Positions 1 to 12,309 of a stretch of DNA of 64,000 nt are shown one piece after another. The stretch is from Ophelia neglecta (lineage: Eukaryota). Made by a program: the position numbers and the translations under genes. The stretch covers positions 71,052,001-71,116,000 of the forward strand of contig OZ260663.1 of assembly GCA_965285935.1 (NCBI GenBank), read 5' to 3'. The notes beneath the pieces were generated by a model. It saw nothing but the letters and a program-made list of their open reading frames with translations. It had not been told where the DNA came from and did no database searches. How positions within the stretch are numbered: the first letter of the stretch is position 1; each line of letters opens with the position of its first letter.

Positions 1-1607
1 CTCAAATGAGCTAATTTTACTACAATATGCTGTATAAAAGGGCATTGACAATAAATGTGACTATGAGCACTGCAGTATCACAAATTGATAACCCATTGTA
101 TGTATTTTTGACACAATTGTGTTGAAAATTCATGTACATGTGCAGAGTAACTTCATAACCTATAATTTAGGGGCAAATCATGTTTTAAACCAGCATACGG
201 TTTGCTTTTGACAAAGGTCTACTGGTACAGTTTATAGAGTCAAAGTCTCCTTTTTAATGTTCTCTTCATTGAAAGCAGGTGTCAGAAGTACCCCCACAGA
301 TGCAAAATCATGGACATGTTTATGTTAAGTTATCTCTTACTTTTTAATGATACAGAATGAACCTGCACAGTTCATGTATATATAATTTAATTGGAGGAAT
401 ACACTTCCCAGTTTGTATTTGACTGCCATATAAAAACAGTGCACTTTCACCATACATTTGGGGCCATTATTTCCCTTTAAGATCTGATGGGCATATCTGT
501 CAAGAATACATATAAAAAACCTGATTGGGAGATTCATGAAAAAACATGAAACAATTTGATAATAAAGTATTAGGAAAATGCCTCAGCCAATAAGAAAAAA
601 AGGTTGGTTACAACACATTGGTTTGAAAGCCTTAACCCTTCAAATAAAGATGCGAGACTTAGTTTTGTTTCTGGGCATTAATGAGTTAATTCAATTCCCT
701 GGTCAAAGGTCATAAGGTTAGTAATAAAAACGTCATTCATGTGGTGGACAACTGGTTCTTTCGATCCTACCTCAAATCATTCTGATGCAGTTTTCCGTCA
801 TGAGACTGTACTTTGCTAATGTTCAGTTGTGTGTAAAAGCCCTTTGGAAAGTATTAGGCTGGGAACATTAAAGTGATATTCCAAGTAGGATTATTAAGTT
901 AGGGAAAGAGGACCTTGCCAAAGGTCCTTGTATTTGTGTCTTCATAACTTTATCATAATATCTCTGTGATATCTCACCTTTTTACTTATATAAGGGTGTA
1001 TTGTAACATACAGGTCATCGATTCATGACCACACAAATCCTCTGTCCATGCAGTAATCTATCCAAACATTCATGTCCTTGTGCACAAGAATTCTTGCTGC
1101 ACAACATATTTGGGACTTTTATTTAATCTGTTATTAGCAGTGACATACCAATGACACAAACACCTTCAATTCTAGAGCCGAAGGACCTTATTATATATCA
1201 ATTGAATACACAGAAAAATAACTTACCATTTAATCTTGCATTCCCACGTGACTGTGATGGAAAGTTGCTATCACCTTCTGTTCCAGCCAGAAGTAGAAAT
1301 AGTCCACTACTTACAAGTAGTATAAGAGTTTTGCCCTTATGACTGACCATTGTTTTGACTTTAATTGATCAATCAGCTGAACACAAAATAGTCTCACTCA
1401 CAACACAATGTTATACAACGTTGGACCGGGTTAATCCTGTTGTTTGCCCTGCAAATTCTAAAGCTATAATACTAGTTACATTATAATCGGTATAGAAAGC
1501 CGTCGGGCTCTTGGACTCCTCCACACAATGTATATACACGATGCACCCATATTGTTTTATAATAATGCACACTGCAGCAAGTTTAGCTGAGCAGTAAAAT
1601 GTGCTTA

Positions 1608-1935
1608 CCAATCCAGATTTTTCTCCTATTTGGAAAGTAAAAGTTATAAATGCAATAAATCCATAGCGCAAATAGTCCCAAATGGTCTCGTATTGGTAAG
1701 TTTTAACCACAGAATTAAGCCAATGTTTCATTTAAATGTGTATACTCCGGGACCATGAATCATTGACACACTTGTATATCCTGTGATAATGTGTCCTATG
1801 TGGCTCCCCAGTCGGCATGCATGCCCTCTATTTGCATATTGTTGTACTGACCCAGTCCGTGTGGAATACACTGGTCAGTCTGGGCAGATGGTGTGGACAG
1901 TCACGCTGCTATTTGGTCAGTAAACAGAAGATCCC
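1608..1935 (-). other. Probable exon of an unidentified minus-strand transcript (uORF-rich leader or first coding exon)
   Basis: On the minus strand: pyrimidine-rich acceptor (TTTTCTTCTTCCAG) at ~1936 and donor TTG|GTAAGC at ~1607. It contains several short ATG ORFs, the last reading MKHWLNSVVKTYQYETIWDYLRYGFIAFITFTFQIGEKSGL up to the donor. No homology recognised. Confidence 0.35.
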
Positions 1936-3059
1936 TGGAAGAAGAAAATAAAAATCATAAGGGCTGGCCCATGTAAGGTGACTGTGAAAACAAATATCAA
2001 GTCAATCACATTCTCATAGAGGTACATATGTCTAAAGATTACTAAAGAAATTTAGTACCATTGTGAAATTACCCTTGAGACTCTGCAGCTGAGCCTTACA
2101 AAGGGTAACATGCAGTTTGTACCTGCCACAGACTCATTGATAAATACAATTAGCAGAAATTGGCACTTCATGTAACACCATACTCAAACATTCACTCCCC
2201 TGAAATTAAATCTAATGTAAACTGTGATGTGGACAAACTAATATAGAAAGGGGCCCTTAGATAATGTGATTTAATCCTGTGTTTAATTAGGATAGAATGT
2301 CAACAAACATGAATCAGTCAGTGATGAAGGTAAAGTCTGGATAATACTAGACTTCCCTACACTGTACACCTGTACACAAACAATATGGCAGCTTAATGAG
2401 AACCACTGAAATATCACTTCCGGCAAAACTCAAGTTATAACTACAAATACACAACACCCACTTTAAATTTCCTTCTCTAATCTAAAGTAGGGAGAAGAGA
2501 ATATCTCAAAAACCTTAAAAACTGCTTCACCCTCTTGAATTTATTATAAGATTATTCAATGTAAGCAGATAAGTGAAGCTTCATTGCAAATTCGCAAGCA
2601 AATGTTTCAGGTGAAATCCATACCTAATTAAACGTGATCTAAATCAATGATATATTCCTATACCTAAAGTAAACAGTAGACGGTTTAATAGTGGCAGGTA
2701 ACTAGTAATACCTAGTGCTGCCATCCCCAAATGGTCCAAATTAATAAAGAGCAACATGCAAGTGTCATTGTCAAATTGAATGTAAATGCAAAATATATGT
2801 GCAACTGTGCACAAAATTTTATGACCTGGATTGAAGATGACTCATTGAGAGTTGTAAAACAACAGGTCTCCGGGCTCTACCTTCCCTTCACAGTTATCTT
2901 AAAAACAAATAAACGAGACACAGATTGTCAATTTTAAACAAGTAGGAAAAAGCACAGTACAGATTAGCTTATTTTTTATTATAACCGTTAAAACCACCCA
3001 TTGGTAATTTGCATAAAACTGTAATTTACAACAGCCATCTATTATATATTGTCCAATTG

Positions 3060-3420
3060 TTTACGATTTTTCTCGGCCGCTGCCGGACGGTTCGCCCCCG
3101 ACTTTTGGCGACGCCTTTCTGTCCGCTCCAATCGTGGAATTTTTTATTTCGGACCAGTTCGGTGCGATGTAAACCTTCGAACCGTGCGCGTTTGCCTTTT
3201 AGCTCGCCTCTGTCGTCTGCCGATCGCCGCCATTTTACCCGGTTGAGGTGGACACTACCCTTCGCAGCAGGTGCCAATGCTTATCGCATCTAGCTTCTCC
3301 GCATCACCGCTACAGGCGAAGAGAACAGAGCTGTGTGCACTGCTACGAAGGGAAGGTGGACACCCGACCATGCAGTCTCGATACGAGCGACTCGCAGCTT
3401 TGAATATTCATACGCCACAT
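3060..3420 (-). promoter_or_regulatory. GC/CpG-rich promoter or first-exon-like island, probably transcribed leftward
   Basis: Sharp local CpG enrichment in an AT-rich background; YY1/Kozak-like AAAATGGCGGCG on the minus strand at ~3225-3236. Confidence 0.4.
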
Positions 3421-3686
3421 TCAGCTGTGTATTTCTTGGGAAAGGAGGCCGATTTGATGATTAATATATTGTCGGATACTTGCTGCATGAGTCGATTTGT
3501 TTGTTTATTAGAATGTTTTCGACATCACCAAAACCATCTGACAAAATAGACAGTTTGTACTACTTTTTTCCAGTCTACGGTTCACTGAGTTTGTATCACT
3601 GCGCTGGATTCCTTTATAGCTTGACCCGATCTATTTTCATTCCCACGCGTGTTATTGTTTGTATATATAAGGACAGCGATGGCTAT

Positions 3687-3795
3687 GTGAGAGATAGTGT
3701 TCGAGGCTCCAGGGTTATTCATAATAAAGTGCGACAGGGCGCAGCCCTGGAGCACTTTATTAGGAATGACCCTGGAGCCGAGAACACTGTCTCAC
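3687..3795. mobile_element. Long imperfect hairpin, probably the core of a non-autonomous DNA element
   Basis: Arms of ~52 bp (GTGAGA..AGTGTTC..GGCTCCAGGGT.ATTC.TAATAAAGTGC..CAGGGC) pair around a GCA loop. Family not determined. Confidence 0.55.
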
Positions 3796-4330
3796 TTAGT
3801 ATAAACGTTTAAATAGATTTTGTTGGAATAATTATAAACCAGACAGTTGGCCAATGTGACCAAAATCCTAGACTGTGCTGCAGACACTGTCTGCTCCGCC
3901 CCTAGGTGGTCATTCGCTGGACACTCGTCTGGCAATAAATGGACTGATATACAGGCCTAGTGATTTGATGTACAAAATTAATTATGCAGTGAACCTGTGT
4001 CCACAAGTAAGGCTAGGTATGCTTGATATGGTCCTGCTTCAAAGAGGCGGGGCCCTGGCCATGAATTTAATTAACCATTTCAAATAAGATTAATGGGCCT
4101 ATCCATTTCTTGTTAATATCAAGCAAAATAAATTTTTGTATTATATGACTATAATATCTTACTATTTATTGGCAATGATTGTCTCTTTCAAATAGGCAGA
4201 ACTGTCAGACCAGGTGAAAACCATATACTGTGTAGCACAGCACCATCGGGACCTGTGCTATACATATTCACAGGTATACAGTCAGGCAGTCACAGATTGT
4301 GCCAGACGGTCAAGCCAGACAGTGACTAGA

Positions 4331-4398
4331 CAACCGTCTACTACAACATTATCGATAATCTTCTAGAACATTATCGATAATGTTGTAGTAGACAGTTG
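4331..4398. repeat. 68-bp near-perfect palindrome
   Basis: GTCTACTACAACATTATCGATAAT-C-TTCTAGAA-C-ATTATCGATAATGTTGTAGTAGAC: 24-bp perfect arms, a palindromic centre, and CAAC/GTTG extension after one mismatch. Confidence 0.9.
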
Positions 4399-4600
4399 CC
4401 TTCCACCTTCCCCAAAAGAATCTTGACTTGTGACAATAGAAACGTATACTAAATGTACATATGCCCAGTGGACAACCTTGCACTCAGAATATATGCAAAA
4501 ATTGAGGTATTATTGGCAAATTAATGTGCTGGTAACAAACTATTGCAAACGCCAGATGTTTTGGGATATCATTGACAGCAAAAATTACGGGAAACGTCAT

Positions 4601-4723
4601 GAATTAGCTGTGACATACTAAACTATTATGACAGGTTTCTTTACAAATATTGACTAAAGGAAAAGTGACGAATTAGCTGTGATATAATAAACTATTATGA
4701 CAGGCTTCTTTACAAGTGTTGAC
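4601..4723. repeat. Local direct duplication (~54-bp unit, 2 copies)
   Basis: GAATTAGCTGTGA.ATA.TAAACTATTATGACAGG.TTCTTTACAA.T.TTGAC at 4601 and again at 4670. Confidence 0.8.
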
Positions 4724-5316
4724 ACCTGTCAAATCAAATTTGTATGCTACATTGTTACTTTCATTTTAACACGGCAAGTAAACAACATGGGAGGTTGGTG
4801 CCAGTTAATCATTAAGTCGTCTTAGCTATGACCCAATTCGAAATGTGATATTCAACACCTCAGAACAAAGCCTACTGGTGATCAAAGGGCTGTCATTTTT
4901 TGATTAATGAATGAGTTCTCCTCTTGGGAAAAGTGCTCAATACTATGCCATTTGTAGATACCCTTGCAAGGTTAAATATACATGGCCAGGGGATCAAAGG
5001 GCTGTCAATATTTTTTTAATGCGTGAGTCCTTCTTGAGGGTAAACGACAATAAAACGAAGTCTTAGACACGTGTCTAAGGGATCTACTATGATCATATTA
5101 TTCTATACATAAACCGACAATATTTCTCACGGTTTAAACTAGAATCTAAGTAGCAAAGATCTAATTAAAATCGACATACAAATGTACCGCGGCACACGTT
5201 CATGTATATTGGCTTACAATGAGGCAGTACTGACATGCCTGATCGTGAGACATAATTGAAACTTTCGTTCCGTAGAATTAGCATTCGCTGTACTCATTCG
5301 GTGGACTCCCTGACTC

Positions 5317-5746
5317 CAGTGGCGTAGGAAGCGGGGGGGGGGGGGGGGCATTTAAAAAAGTGGGGGGGGGGGCATCAAATGTTTAGGCCCACCCACTTTT
5401 TAATGATGACCCTCTTACTTTTTTCCCCTCTCAAAATGTTGTAATGCAGCAGTGGTCAGGAGCGTCTGTCATCAGTTGGCTAGACCATAATCAAATAGTT
5501 ACCTGTGGGCAGGTTATTTACAAACCAATACACACCCGATAATTGAATTTATTCAATGTTTTTTTGGCAAGTAAAAATCAATGTACAGTGGCAGAGGAAG
5601 CAAGAGGGGTGGCATGAACCCCCCCCCCCCGACTTAAAAAAGTGGGGGGCCATCATATGTTTTGCCCCCCCCCCACACACACACACACTTTTTATGCTGC
5701 TGATGTAAAGTTGGCCCCCTCACTGATTTTCCTTCCTACGCCTCTG
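5317..5746. mobile_element. MITE with hAT-like CAG termini and poly-G/C tracts
   Basis: TIRs CAGTGGCGTAGGAAG and CTTCCTACGCCTCTG (1 mismatch). GACTC flanks both sides (5312-5316, 5747-5751). A second left-end copy, CAGTGGCAGAGGAAGC, lies at ~5586. Confidence 0.75.
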
Positions 5747-6045
5747 GACTCATTACTGAACTAAGACAAAGCTGCCACACGGGGATTTATTTGGAGAGAT
5801 AGAAAAATGCAGGGAAATTATTTGTTATTGATATTAAAATGTAGGGAAACTGTTTGCAGTGATTCAAATTAAACTGTACGGATATTTAATTGTACCGGTT
5901 GGGATATGATTAGAAATTTAATGTAGGAATTCAAAACTAAATGTGTGAATAAAATTATCTCAATTGTGAGGGAATAAGGACATTACCGTTACTATTTTTA
6001 TATAATTATTGTAGGACTAACGTTACGTTTGGGGACTGCTCAATT

Positions 6046-7062
6046 TACATTCATAATGAGTGCCTGTGCGACGGGGACCTGTTACAAGCAGTATACCTAA
6101 CATTAGAGGGTGATGTTTCCAAACAAATAATACTAACCCCCAAAAATGACACCACCTTGGCCATCAACGGGGAAATCATCAAACAACTCCCAGGGAGCAA
6201 AAAAAAAAAATACCTGAGCATTGACTGTATTGTGTCCCACAACCCTGACGAGAACAATTTCCCAGTTGAATTCCTCAACAGTCTCACTCCGTCAGGAATG
6301 CCAGAGCACAAACTGGTCCTGAAGAAGGGTGCATTGATAATGCTCCTTCGTAACCTTGACATAAAAAAATGGCATTTGTAATGGAACCCGCCAGATTGTT
6401 CGTCACCTTCATGCCGACACAATTGGCACAGTGGTTGTGGCGAACACACAGGCAGGGAAGAGGATTCTCATTCCCCGCATTAAACTCGCCCCATCAGATG
6501 TGAATTTGACTATCGTCCTAGAACGCATCCAATTCCTTGCTCGGATAGCCCATTTAATGACGATCAACAAGGCGCAAGGGTAAACATTCAAAGAAATGGG
6601 CATTTACTTTCCTGACCCTGTTTTCACACATGGACAACTGTACATAGCCTTCTCACAGAGAAAATCATTTCAACGCATTAAAGTAAAAATCGAGAACACC
6701 AGAAAGCAGGGTTATGCATCAGACACCATGACAACAGTCACCAAACATGTTGTGTATCCTGAAATTCTTCAATGAACTGCTCGAGAGGTGTTCGCTGGAT
6801 GACTGGAATAAAACTTAAGACTACCTTTGCTATGTATTTTTCATTCAAATCTGTTTACACTTTTATTGTTTTGTCTCTCCCAACATTGGCAATATATAGG
6901 CACTATCATTAATGGTGGATTCCTTTATACCATCTTACTTTACATCTTATTTTTTTGTCTCAACCCAGCATTAGTAACAAATGAAAACTGCCCTCTTCGA
7001 ATAGACCACCATTCAATCCACTGCTGCCCTTTTCACCGTGGTTGCCCACGGGTCACTGCTAG
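6046..7062 (+). mobile_element. 5'-truncated Helitron: PIF1-like helicase pseudogene fragment plus canonical 3' end
   Basis: Motifs ILTPKN, FPVEFLNSLTPSGMPEHKLVLKKGALIMLLRNL, GICNGTR, LIPRIKL, MTINKAQG*T, PVFTHGQLYIAFS and VVYPEILQ* (stop at 6775). Frameshifts at ~6370 and ~6425 and an in-frame TAA at 6581. Terminal hairpin CCGTGG-TTGC-CCACGG (7036-7051) is followed by CTAG|T ending at 7062. Confidence 0.92.
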
Positions 7063-10000
7063 TTCTATATATATTACTTCATTATTGAACATTTACCTCA
7101 ACTTTTTCTGTACAGAGTATAGCATTATGGGCCAATACCCTGTATACCCTGTACCTTTCAACACAATTAGTAATTGGATGAAAAAGTGTGAAGGTTCTAT
7201 AAGCCTCATTTTAACATTTGCAAGTGAATTTTGCATGTCTTACTCATAGCAGCACACTGAAACACTCCCCTAAAGAAACCTGGCAACAAAAACAACATAG
7301 GTGTACTCTGGTACTCGGTTACTTTTTATTAAAACTTTAACCTGTCACTTAATGACTTTTAGATGCCCTGTCATTTTTTTTTATAAATGTGGACATTGTC
7401 ATGATGTATTTATTTCATTTTCTTACTCATGTAGAGCCATGAAAACATTTAACTAATGATATCCTCATGATGCTACTTAGTAAATCTCAATGTAAACTAT
7501 TAGCAATCCGTTGGTCACATTAGTTGAAATCCAATATGTTACTCTCCCAAAACTACTTGCATGGATAAGGGTAAGTCCATTCATTCCACCATAAAATGAA
7601 AAGTTAATTCCACATTTTATGCTTTTAGAAGGCAGCCTAAGAGAGATAATCCTAGTGTCAATAGCTAAGCCTATAATAGTTTAATGGAGACCTGTTGAGC
7701 CATTAAAAAACTATTTAGTTATAAGCAAAAAAATCTTAACAATAAAATCCAACATGGTTAAAGTAAAAAAAAAAGCACACTCTACTTGAAGATGCTTTTT
7801 GTAACTACACATTCACAACTGCCACATTGTTTTTGTTTAATTTCTTGAAATTATAACACAAGGTGATCTGTAAATTAAGAGTTATAAAGCCGATATTAAA
7901 TGATTGTCTCTTTGTATCATAACACTCAGTGACAGTTTCACATTTCATTATATCCCATCTCAGTTATTTGGATATGGATTTCTTGCCAATTTTAGTCCCT
8001 TTGATAGTTCAATTTACACAACAGATGACCATGAGCATGTGGGCGGTTTAGCTTACAGTACATACCAAACATGTATGTATGTATATGTGTCAGCCATATA
8101 CACGTATGATATGTGACCTTGTGAGGACTGATCACACAAGATACTCACAATCCATTGGACAATTGACTGTTGGTGTCGACCCACCACCGGCCCACCACCG
8201 ACCATCACCACCAGAACACTCAACCGGCACTCTATATGAGTGTGGTATATTGGTTTTGGTTGAACACACTAAATTTATAGCTCCTTTTGATGCTAGATAA
8301 ATATATAAAATTATTGAGGTTAAAAGACCCCAGACAGAAAACTCCTAGATATTTAAGTAGCATTGGACTGATGGAATGACAATAAATGGTATTTATCATA
8401 TTGCTTTCATGAATGACTAATTTAGCAGTCAAAGAAAGAACAGTACTATGTAACAAAACAAGATGAAACAATTTTAGATTCAAAATGTAGACATCTAGAG
8501 GATGAAAGCACTTGTCTGTTTTCTATAAATGGTTTTATCAAATGGCAAGTACTAAACAGGCCCAACTCAGTGGATAATGGAGCATAACATGACAAGTAAT
8601 GGACACAATGAAATATCAGGAAAAAATGTTGTCCTGTTCGATGCAAAGGCACATTATTTGGTCAGCTTGTACAGATCGAAATCAGCTTTCTAGTCATACA
8701 GATTCTTGCACAGGAAATGCCAACTATACTTGTACAGTACATGAACATTTACATGTATACATGGAGCAACTTACCTACATATACTTAATAAATGAAAGGG
8801 CATCTTAACACAACCAGAGCTTTGAAAGTAACAAAAAATCAGCTTTAATGTTGATTTTGTTCCGAGTGCAAAATACATAGTATTTATCTATAGGTTGTTT
8901 ACCTCCTAAAGATATTAAATTACCACATGATAGTTTCATGTCACTTGTTATAACTGCAAAATCAAAGATGCAATCCAAGCATTAGAGTAAGGCAGTAGAC
9001 CAGTTCCTTTCTTTGAAGCCCAGCCTGGCACCTGCCAAACATCAAACTACCCAGGCTATTTGGAGCTGTCAAAAGTTAAACCACAAATGTGCTGATTAAA
9101 TCTACCCAATGAGACATTATGGAAAATAAAGAACAAGTTTAATGGGACCCCACACTGTCTTATCTTAGGTTGAATGGAAAACTATACAGAAATATCAATT
9201 CTCTTGAAAGGTTTCTTGGCAATAGTCAACGCTCATTAATGAATTAGAAGTATGCATTTTGATCAAAGGACATGACACCTAATAGCTATGGCTGTATGAC
9301 TGGAAATTCCATCCCTGGAAAGTTTTCTGACATGGGAAGCAACCAGCAGAGTCAGGTGATCCATCAAGTTGTTGTCTTGTCAAAGCTCATCTGGACGGAT
9401 CATTAATACAGCGATATAATACAAGCAAGCCCAGGAGACAAGCCATATATCCTGAAATCTGATACCAACCCACACACATTACACAGTCACGACATCATCT
9501 CTCCCGGCCCTCACTGCCAATACATACAAAGTGAAGTGCTCAAAACATTCACTAGCAAGCAAGTTATGCTAAAAGCAATAGCAATTAACCGTGATAAAAA
9601 GTGAGACAATTAACTTCATCTGACCCACACAGATTATCTTCAAGGCACTAATGCGATTGGTGCCATATTAAACCAAGCATAACGCATAAAAAGGTCAAAA
9701 GGAACATGGGAAAGATTGCAATAATGTTTCACGGCAGATTCAGTCATAATATTGAGAATGACTGAAGTTTGGGCATCATCACACTGAAAAAGTGTTCTTC
9801 ATGGGAGGACTGCCTACAGCATCACATGATCTGACCATCAGGCCAGCGGAAGTGCCTGTGGTCAATCAAGGTCAAGGTTCACCCTATTCAAGGTCAAAGG
9901 TTATATCTATTTCCTTTGCCATGAAAAGTAAACCATGGGGAAAAAATATGAAAACGTAGCTGGCCTCAACAAGAGATATCATGTTCACCTTAGACCGGAA

Positions 10001-11665
10001 CACTGCAACCAAACTTTGGCCAATACTGAAGTATATACAATACTGAATGACTGGTGAAGTAGGCAGATAAGGATCTATTTACCCAGCTTGTAGACTGGGA
10101 ATTGAGAACACAATAGAAAACTTGAGAGTGAGAAAGAAAGAGTCATTGCCTCCTTTTTTTCTCTATATTTACACTGGTTATGGACTGAACATTTTGTCTT
10201 ATGAATTCATAACTTAACAAAGTAACATATTATATACCCATATATACCCATATATACTCATATACACACATTAGACCTAGATTTGGGGAATGACTTTTAT
10301 ACACTTCAGTCATTGCAAAGCTGGGCAACCAACAAATGTCCTACTTTTAGTATATGTTTTTATTCTTCATTTAGAGAGAGTACACTAATGTCTTTTTATC
10401 AAAAGAAAGAAGTCGACAAAAATTACTCTTAACAAGTTATATAAGCCAAATCAGTCACTTGTGAATGCTAGACAATAACACAGGTGGAACCTGTTCAATT
10501 CATGATTAGAAAATGTCATTTGTGGACCCTTTTGCTGAGACAACCTTGGTGCAGGTTTTCGCAAATGTTGGTCAATTACTAAATTTGATGCACACAATTT
10601 GGGGCAGTCAGTGAAAAAACATCAAGACCAGCAATTAAGACCAACTTATGGCTTTGTGATATATGAGGAGTCAGCCTTCTTTAGATGTGTTATCACAATT
10701 TACATCAGGTTTTTGCTAATAAATTTTGCATGTATAAAGAAAAGACTACACTTAATTATAACCAGCCATTAACTTAACACTGCAAAACATGTATGATTTA
10801 TGGCTTATAATTTGCCAAAACAAACAAAATAAACTAAATGGTACATTGTTTTGTGTAATACTAAACACTTCTTCCTTATCTGTAGATTTTTACAGGATAT
10901 GTCTGGCCAGATTTATTTTGATTTGAACACCATGCGCATATATATGTCAACTTACTGTCATTAATTATCTTCATAATAAATGCATCTGTTCTACATATAC
11001 ATATTTTTCTTGCTTTTCAGAACCTTTGTGCTAATTTTTGTGAGGTTTTTGTTACAAGAAAATGGTACAGGGGTATAGTTTGCCCCCAGTTGCTTACAAT
11101 AACACCAAGAAAACATTCAAATATTAGTTTAAACATAGTAGCCAGTAAATTGGATTATTTATGATAAAAATGGATGAGGTCAACTGCTGATTTATAGCAT
11201 GCCATTATAAAAATGAACACAAAAATTCCTGATAAAAAGGGTATAATATAGAGAACCTGTGGACTGGCCCCTGAACTACTTTCCCAGAGTCTGAGGTTTA
11301 CTAACACTCTCACTGCTGACCAAATCAAAACCTTGTGCAGAAACATTCCAGAAACAAGATGGAAATATTGATAAATTTAGAAAAAACAGCTTCCTTTTGA
11401 ATGCAATTGCATATATACCTAAAGTACAGCAAGCCAATGGGGTTTGTATTTAGGAAAGGTAGTACCTGTTAAGGCTGTGTGGAAACTAGTGTGGTATCAC
11501 TTACATATCATGGCAATAGAACTCGGAAACTTGAATGGACTGAAAGAGGCGACACACATTTTATACTATATGCCCGTTACCTGTCAGCAATTTGTAAAAT
11601 TGCAAGTGTTTGCAGCACGTAGGCTTCTGCAATCATGTGATTATGGGCTAGACAAGAGCTACACA

Positions 11666-12309
11666 CATTGTATGACTAGCACCACACCCAGGAAAGTCAT
11701 CACATGTCTAGCTCTGCACACAGGAAAGTGTATGACCAGTGCAGCACATTGGGAAAGTAATTGTATGATTAGCTTTGCACACAGGAGAGTCATTGTATGA
11801 CCAGCACCACACACAGGAAAGTCATTAAATGACCAGCACCAAACATAAGAAAGTCATTGTATGACCAGCACCACACACAGGAAAGTCATTGTATGACCAG
11901 TACCAAACATAGGAAAGTCACTGTATGACCAGCACAACACATATGAAAGTCACTGAATGACTAGCTCTGCACAGGGGAGAGTCATTGTATGACCAGCACC
12001 ACACATAGGAAAGTCATTGACTAGCTCTGCACACAGAAAAATCATTGTATGACTAGCACCACACATAGGAAAGTCATTGTATAACTAGCTCTGCACAGGA
12101 GAGAGTCATTGTATGACCAGCACCACACATAGGAAAGTCATTGACTAGCCCTGCACACAGGAAAGTCATTGTATGACTAGCACCACACATAGGAAAGTCA
12201 TTGTATGACTAGCTCTGCACAGGGGAGAGTCATTGTATGACCAGCACCACACATAGGAAAGTCATTGTATGACTAGCTCTGCACACAGGAAAGTCATTGA
12301 ATGATTAGC
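11666..12309. repeat. 32-bp minisatellite, about 21 units, two unit types
   Basis: Consensus GGAAAGTCATTGTATGAC(C/T)AGC followed by ACCACACATA (type A) or TCTGCACA(CA/GG) (type B). Two type-B units carry the same 4-bp deletion. Confidence 0.95.

Noticed and set aside
976-1100. Selenocysteine or readthrough exon (one frame broken by a single TGA)
   Set aside because: No selenoprotein-like motif and no SECIS seen; all frames stop; the exon itself is unproven.
3009-3812. Overlapping ORFs of 65-110 aa on both strands
   Set aside because: Explained by local GC richness and a hairpin repeat; no recognisable homology, and several begin at non-ATG codons.
6157-6381. Host PIF1 DNA helicase gene
   Set aside because: Intronless, frameshifted, contains a stop, and is followed by a Helitron 3' hairpin and CTAG.
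11666-12309. CRISPR-like array (regular ~32-bp period with an internal palindrome)
   Set aside because: No unique spacers, units abut directly, no cas genes, and the context is eukaryotic.
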